Shown: piece after piece, positions 61,795 through 64,000 of the stretch
How the letters are laid out: each line of letters starts with the position of its first letter
Position numbering within the stretch: the first letter of the stretch is position 1
Notes under the pieces: generated by a model
What the model saw: the letters and a program-made list of their open reading frames with translations, nothing else
What the model was told of the DNA's origin: nothing
Databases searched by the model: none
Program-made: the position numbers and the translations under genes
From: Flavobacteriales bacterium
Lineage (GTDB): Bacteria > Bacteroidota > Bacteroidia > Flavobacteriales > BACL11
Direction: 5' to 3'
Length of the DNA: 64,000 nucleotides
Assembly: GCA_947502765.1 (NCBI GenBank)
Contig: CANNBA010000003.1
Coordinates: 50,236 to 114,235, forward strand

Positions 61795-64000
61795 ATGAAG
61801 AAACTTTTACTACTTACTTTTATTTTGATTGATTTTTCAATTTATGCCCAAATACAAATAAAAGGAATAGTTATTGATGGATTAACAAGCGAAACTCTAA
61901 TTGGTGCCAATGTAATTGTAAAAGGAACAAATAATGGCACTGCAACCAACTTTAATGGAGAATATACAATTATTCATAAAGGAACTCTCCCTACAACTTT
62001 AAGTGTAAGTTATCTGGGCTACAAAAACTTAGACATTGAGATAAATTCAAAAAATCCAACACCTATAAAACTATTTTCTGATAGTAAAAACTTAAAAGAA
62101 GTAAAAGTAGTGGACAGCCGAATAACTCAGAAACAAAAAGAATCGGCACTTACTGTTGAAGCTTTGGATATGATTGCCATAAAAGAAACCCCTTCTGCTA
62201 ACTTTTATGATGGTTTGGGAGCCTTGAAAGGAGTTGATATTACGGCTGCTAGTTTAGGATTTAAAGTAATTAATACTAGAGGATTTAATAGCACCTCTCC
62301 TGTTCGTTCGCTTCAAATTATTGATGGAGTAGACAATCAATCTCCAGGACTTAATTTCTCTCTGGGTAACTTCTTAGGATCATCTGAGCTAGACATTATG
62401 AAAGTTGAAATCATACAAGGTGCTAGTTCGGCTTATTACGGTCCAAATGCCTTTAATGGGGTAATTAGCATGACAACTCTAAGCCCATTTATACAACAAG
62501 GATTAACTATTCAATACAAATTCGGAAGCAGAAATCTTTTTGAGAATTCTTTTCGACTAGCTAAAAAATTTCAAAATAAAAAAGGAGAAGATGTATTTGC
62601 CTATAAAATAAATGTTTCATATATGCAAGCTCATGATTGGGAAGCAGATAATATGGCTGCTGTAGATGGAACAACTTCAGCTAATAATCCTGGAGGTTAT
62701 GATGCAATTAACAGATATGGTGATGAAGATACTGATGGAGATTTAAATGATGTGTCTGAGGATTTTAATCAAAATTACTTTACACATCCAGGTTTAAAAA
62801 AATTCCACAGAACTGGCTATATGGAGAAAGATATTGTTGATTATGATACTAAGAACTTCAAAGCGCAAAGCTCCTTGCATTATATGATTACACCCAAAAT
62901 AGAAGTAATCTATGGTTTAAATTACAGCACAGGAACTACTGTTTATCAAGGAGATAATCGTTTTAGCTTAAAAAACATACAGTTCTGGCAAAACAAATTT
63001 GAAATTCAACAGAAAGATAAATTTTTTATTAGAGCTTATAGAACTCAAGAGGATGCTGGAGATTCTTATGATGCTGTTTTTACGGCTTTAAGATTACAAG
63101 AATACAATCAGACTTCAAATCAAGACTGGTACACGGCTTATAAAAACAATTGGAGAGATCAATTTGAATGGGAAGATGTCAATTGGGAAGCTGCTGAATA
63201 TAGTTTTCTAAATCAACAATGGATGTTTCAAGGAAATCCTATTGATATAAATGACTGGATGGTAATGAGCGATTCAGTATTAAATGCAAATTCTGATTTG
63301 ATAATTGCTAACCATAGCTCAGTTCGAGATTTAACCGATTTAGCAACCAATAGACTTGTTCCTGGAAGTGAAGAATTTAAAGTAGCGCTAGAGGATATTA
63401 CTTCCAAAACTGCTAGTGAAGGTGGTACTGGTTTTTATGATAAATCAGCTCTTAATCATATTCATGGAGAATATTTTTTAGTAAACAATGATATTGATAA
63501 AATTAAGATAGGCGGAAATATTCGCGAATACAAACCAGATACAAAAGGAAGTTTATTTATAGATACTACTGATATGATATCTAATACAGAAATGGGAATC
63601 TATATGGGTTTTGAGAAAAAAAGTGATCAAGGTTCTTTTAATATAACTTTTAGATATGATAAAAATGAAAATTTTGACTTGAACTTCTCTCCTGCAGTAT
63701 CACTTGTCCTTACTCCAAGCGAAAAAGATGTAATCCGGTTTTCATTTTCATCAGCCATCAGAAACCCTACTCTAGCTGATCAATACCTTTACTATAATGT
63801 TGGTAGAGCAATTTTAATTGGAAATCTTAAAGGGCATGGTACAGATTATGGGGAGAATCTAGTTACTATTGAATCATTAATTAATTATTATTTGCCTGCA
63901 GCATTATCAAAGGACAGTCTAAAATTCTTTAGCGTTAAACCCATACAGCCTGAGAAAGCAAAGTCAGCCGAAATAGGATATAGAACAACTCTTTTTAACA
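61795..64000 (+). CDS. TonB-dependent outer-membrane receptor (3'-truncated by window edge; not in ORF track)
   Basis: ATG at 61795, with the frame open to the window end. Signal peptide MKKLLLLTFILIDFSIYAQ. CarbopepD_reg (IKGIVIDGLTSETLIGANVIVKGTNNGTATNFNGEY). Plug (INTRGFNSTSPVRSLQIIDGVDNQSPG, GASSAYYGPNAFNGVI). Confidence 0.85.
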   Translation, partial: MKKLLLLTFILIDFSIYAQIQIKGIVIDGLTSETLIGANVIVKGTNNGTATNFNGEYTIIHKGTLPTTLSVSYLGYKNLDIEINSKNPTPIKLFSDSKNLKEVKVVDSRITQKQKESALTVEALDMIAIKETPSANFYDGLGALKGVDITAASLGFKVINTRGFNSTSPVRSLQIIDGVDNQSPGLNFSLGNFLGSSELDIMKVEIIQGASSAYYGPNAFNGVISMTTLSPFIQQGLTIQYKFGSRNLFENSFRLAKKFQNKKGEDVFAYKINVSYMQAHDWEADNMAAVDGTTSANNPGGYDAINRYGDEDTDGDLNDVSEDFNQNYFTHPGLKKFHRTGYMEKDIVDYDTKNFKAQSSLHYMITPKIEVIYGLNYSTGTTVYQGDNRFSLKNIQFWQNKFEIQQKDKFFIRAYRTQEDAGDSYDAVFTALRLQEYNQTSNQDWYTAYKNNWRDQFEWEDVNWEAAEYSFLNQQWMFQGNPIDINDWMVMSDSVLNANSDLIIANHSSVRDLTDLATNRLVPGSEEFKVALEDITSKTASEGGTGFYDKSALNHIHGEYFLVNNDIDKIKIGGNIREYKPDTKGSLFIDTTDMISNTEMGIYMGFEKKSDQGSFNITFRYDKNENFDLNFSPAVSLVLTPSEKDVIRFSFSSAIRNPTLADQYLYYNVGRAILIGNLKGHGTDYGENLVTIESLINYYLPAALSKDSLKFFSVKPIQPEKAKSAEIGYRTTLFN

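Noticed and set aside
1-64000. Window-wide look for rRNA/tRNA genes, CRISPR repeats, IS elements, integrases, toxin-antitoxin pairs, restriction-modification genes or other defence genes.
   Set aside because: None was found. All gaps are under 300 nt and AT-rich with no GC-rich structured RNA signature. Every ORF of at least 100 aa that is not antisense-embedded has a housekeeping or envelope assignment.

Overview
This window is an AT-rich, gene-dense chromosomal segment from a Bacteroidota bacterium, most likely Flavobacteriia-like. The lineage call rests on T9SS C-terminal sorting domains, TAnnTTTG '-7' promoter boxes, absence of Shine-Dalgarno sequences, ribosomal protein THX, CarbopepD_reg-type TonB-dependent receptors, and DUF1573/DUF4249/DUF5683-type proteins. 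The window opens inside dnaA and consists almost entirely of housekeeping genes. These cover replication and repair (dnaA, mutL, recA, nth, uvrA, ruvX, recQ), translation (thrS-infC-rpmI-rplT, fmt, THX, rlmD, trmH) and the parAB-dapB-lepB block. They also cover branched-chain/propionate catabolism (fused methylmalonyl-CoA mutase, Leu dehydrogenase, acyl-CoA carboxyltransferase) and envelope functions. I found no rRNA, tRNA, CRISPR array, integrase, transposase, prophage or recognisable defence island, and every intergenic gap is under 300 nt. I therefore do not see a clear new multi-gene accessory system. The best candidates for a second look are listed here. (1) A four-gene minus-strand operon at 5758-9620 encodes a Cys-rich anchored protein, a TonB-dependent receptor, an HMA metal-binding protein and a T9SS-exported CxxC thioredoxin-like protein. 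(2) A G10/C10 homopolymer sits inside the first gene of that operon. (3) Three co-oriented TTATCCA DnaA-box-like motifs, one a perfect TTATCCACA, lie in the largest intergenic region (51164-51448). (4) MutL has substituted endonuclease motifs. (5) Several -7 boxes lie only 4-6 nt upstream of an ATG, implying leaderless mRNAs. All functional calls come from reading motifs in the supplied translations; no database search was run.
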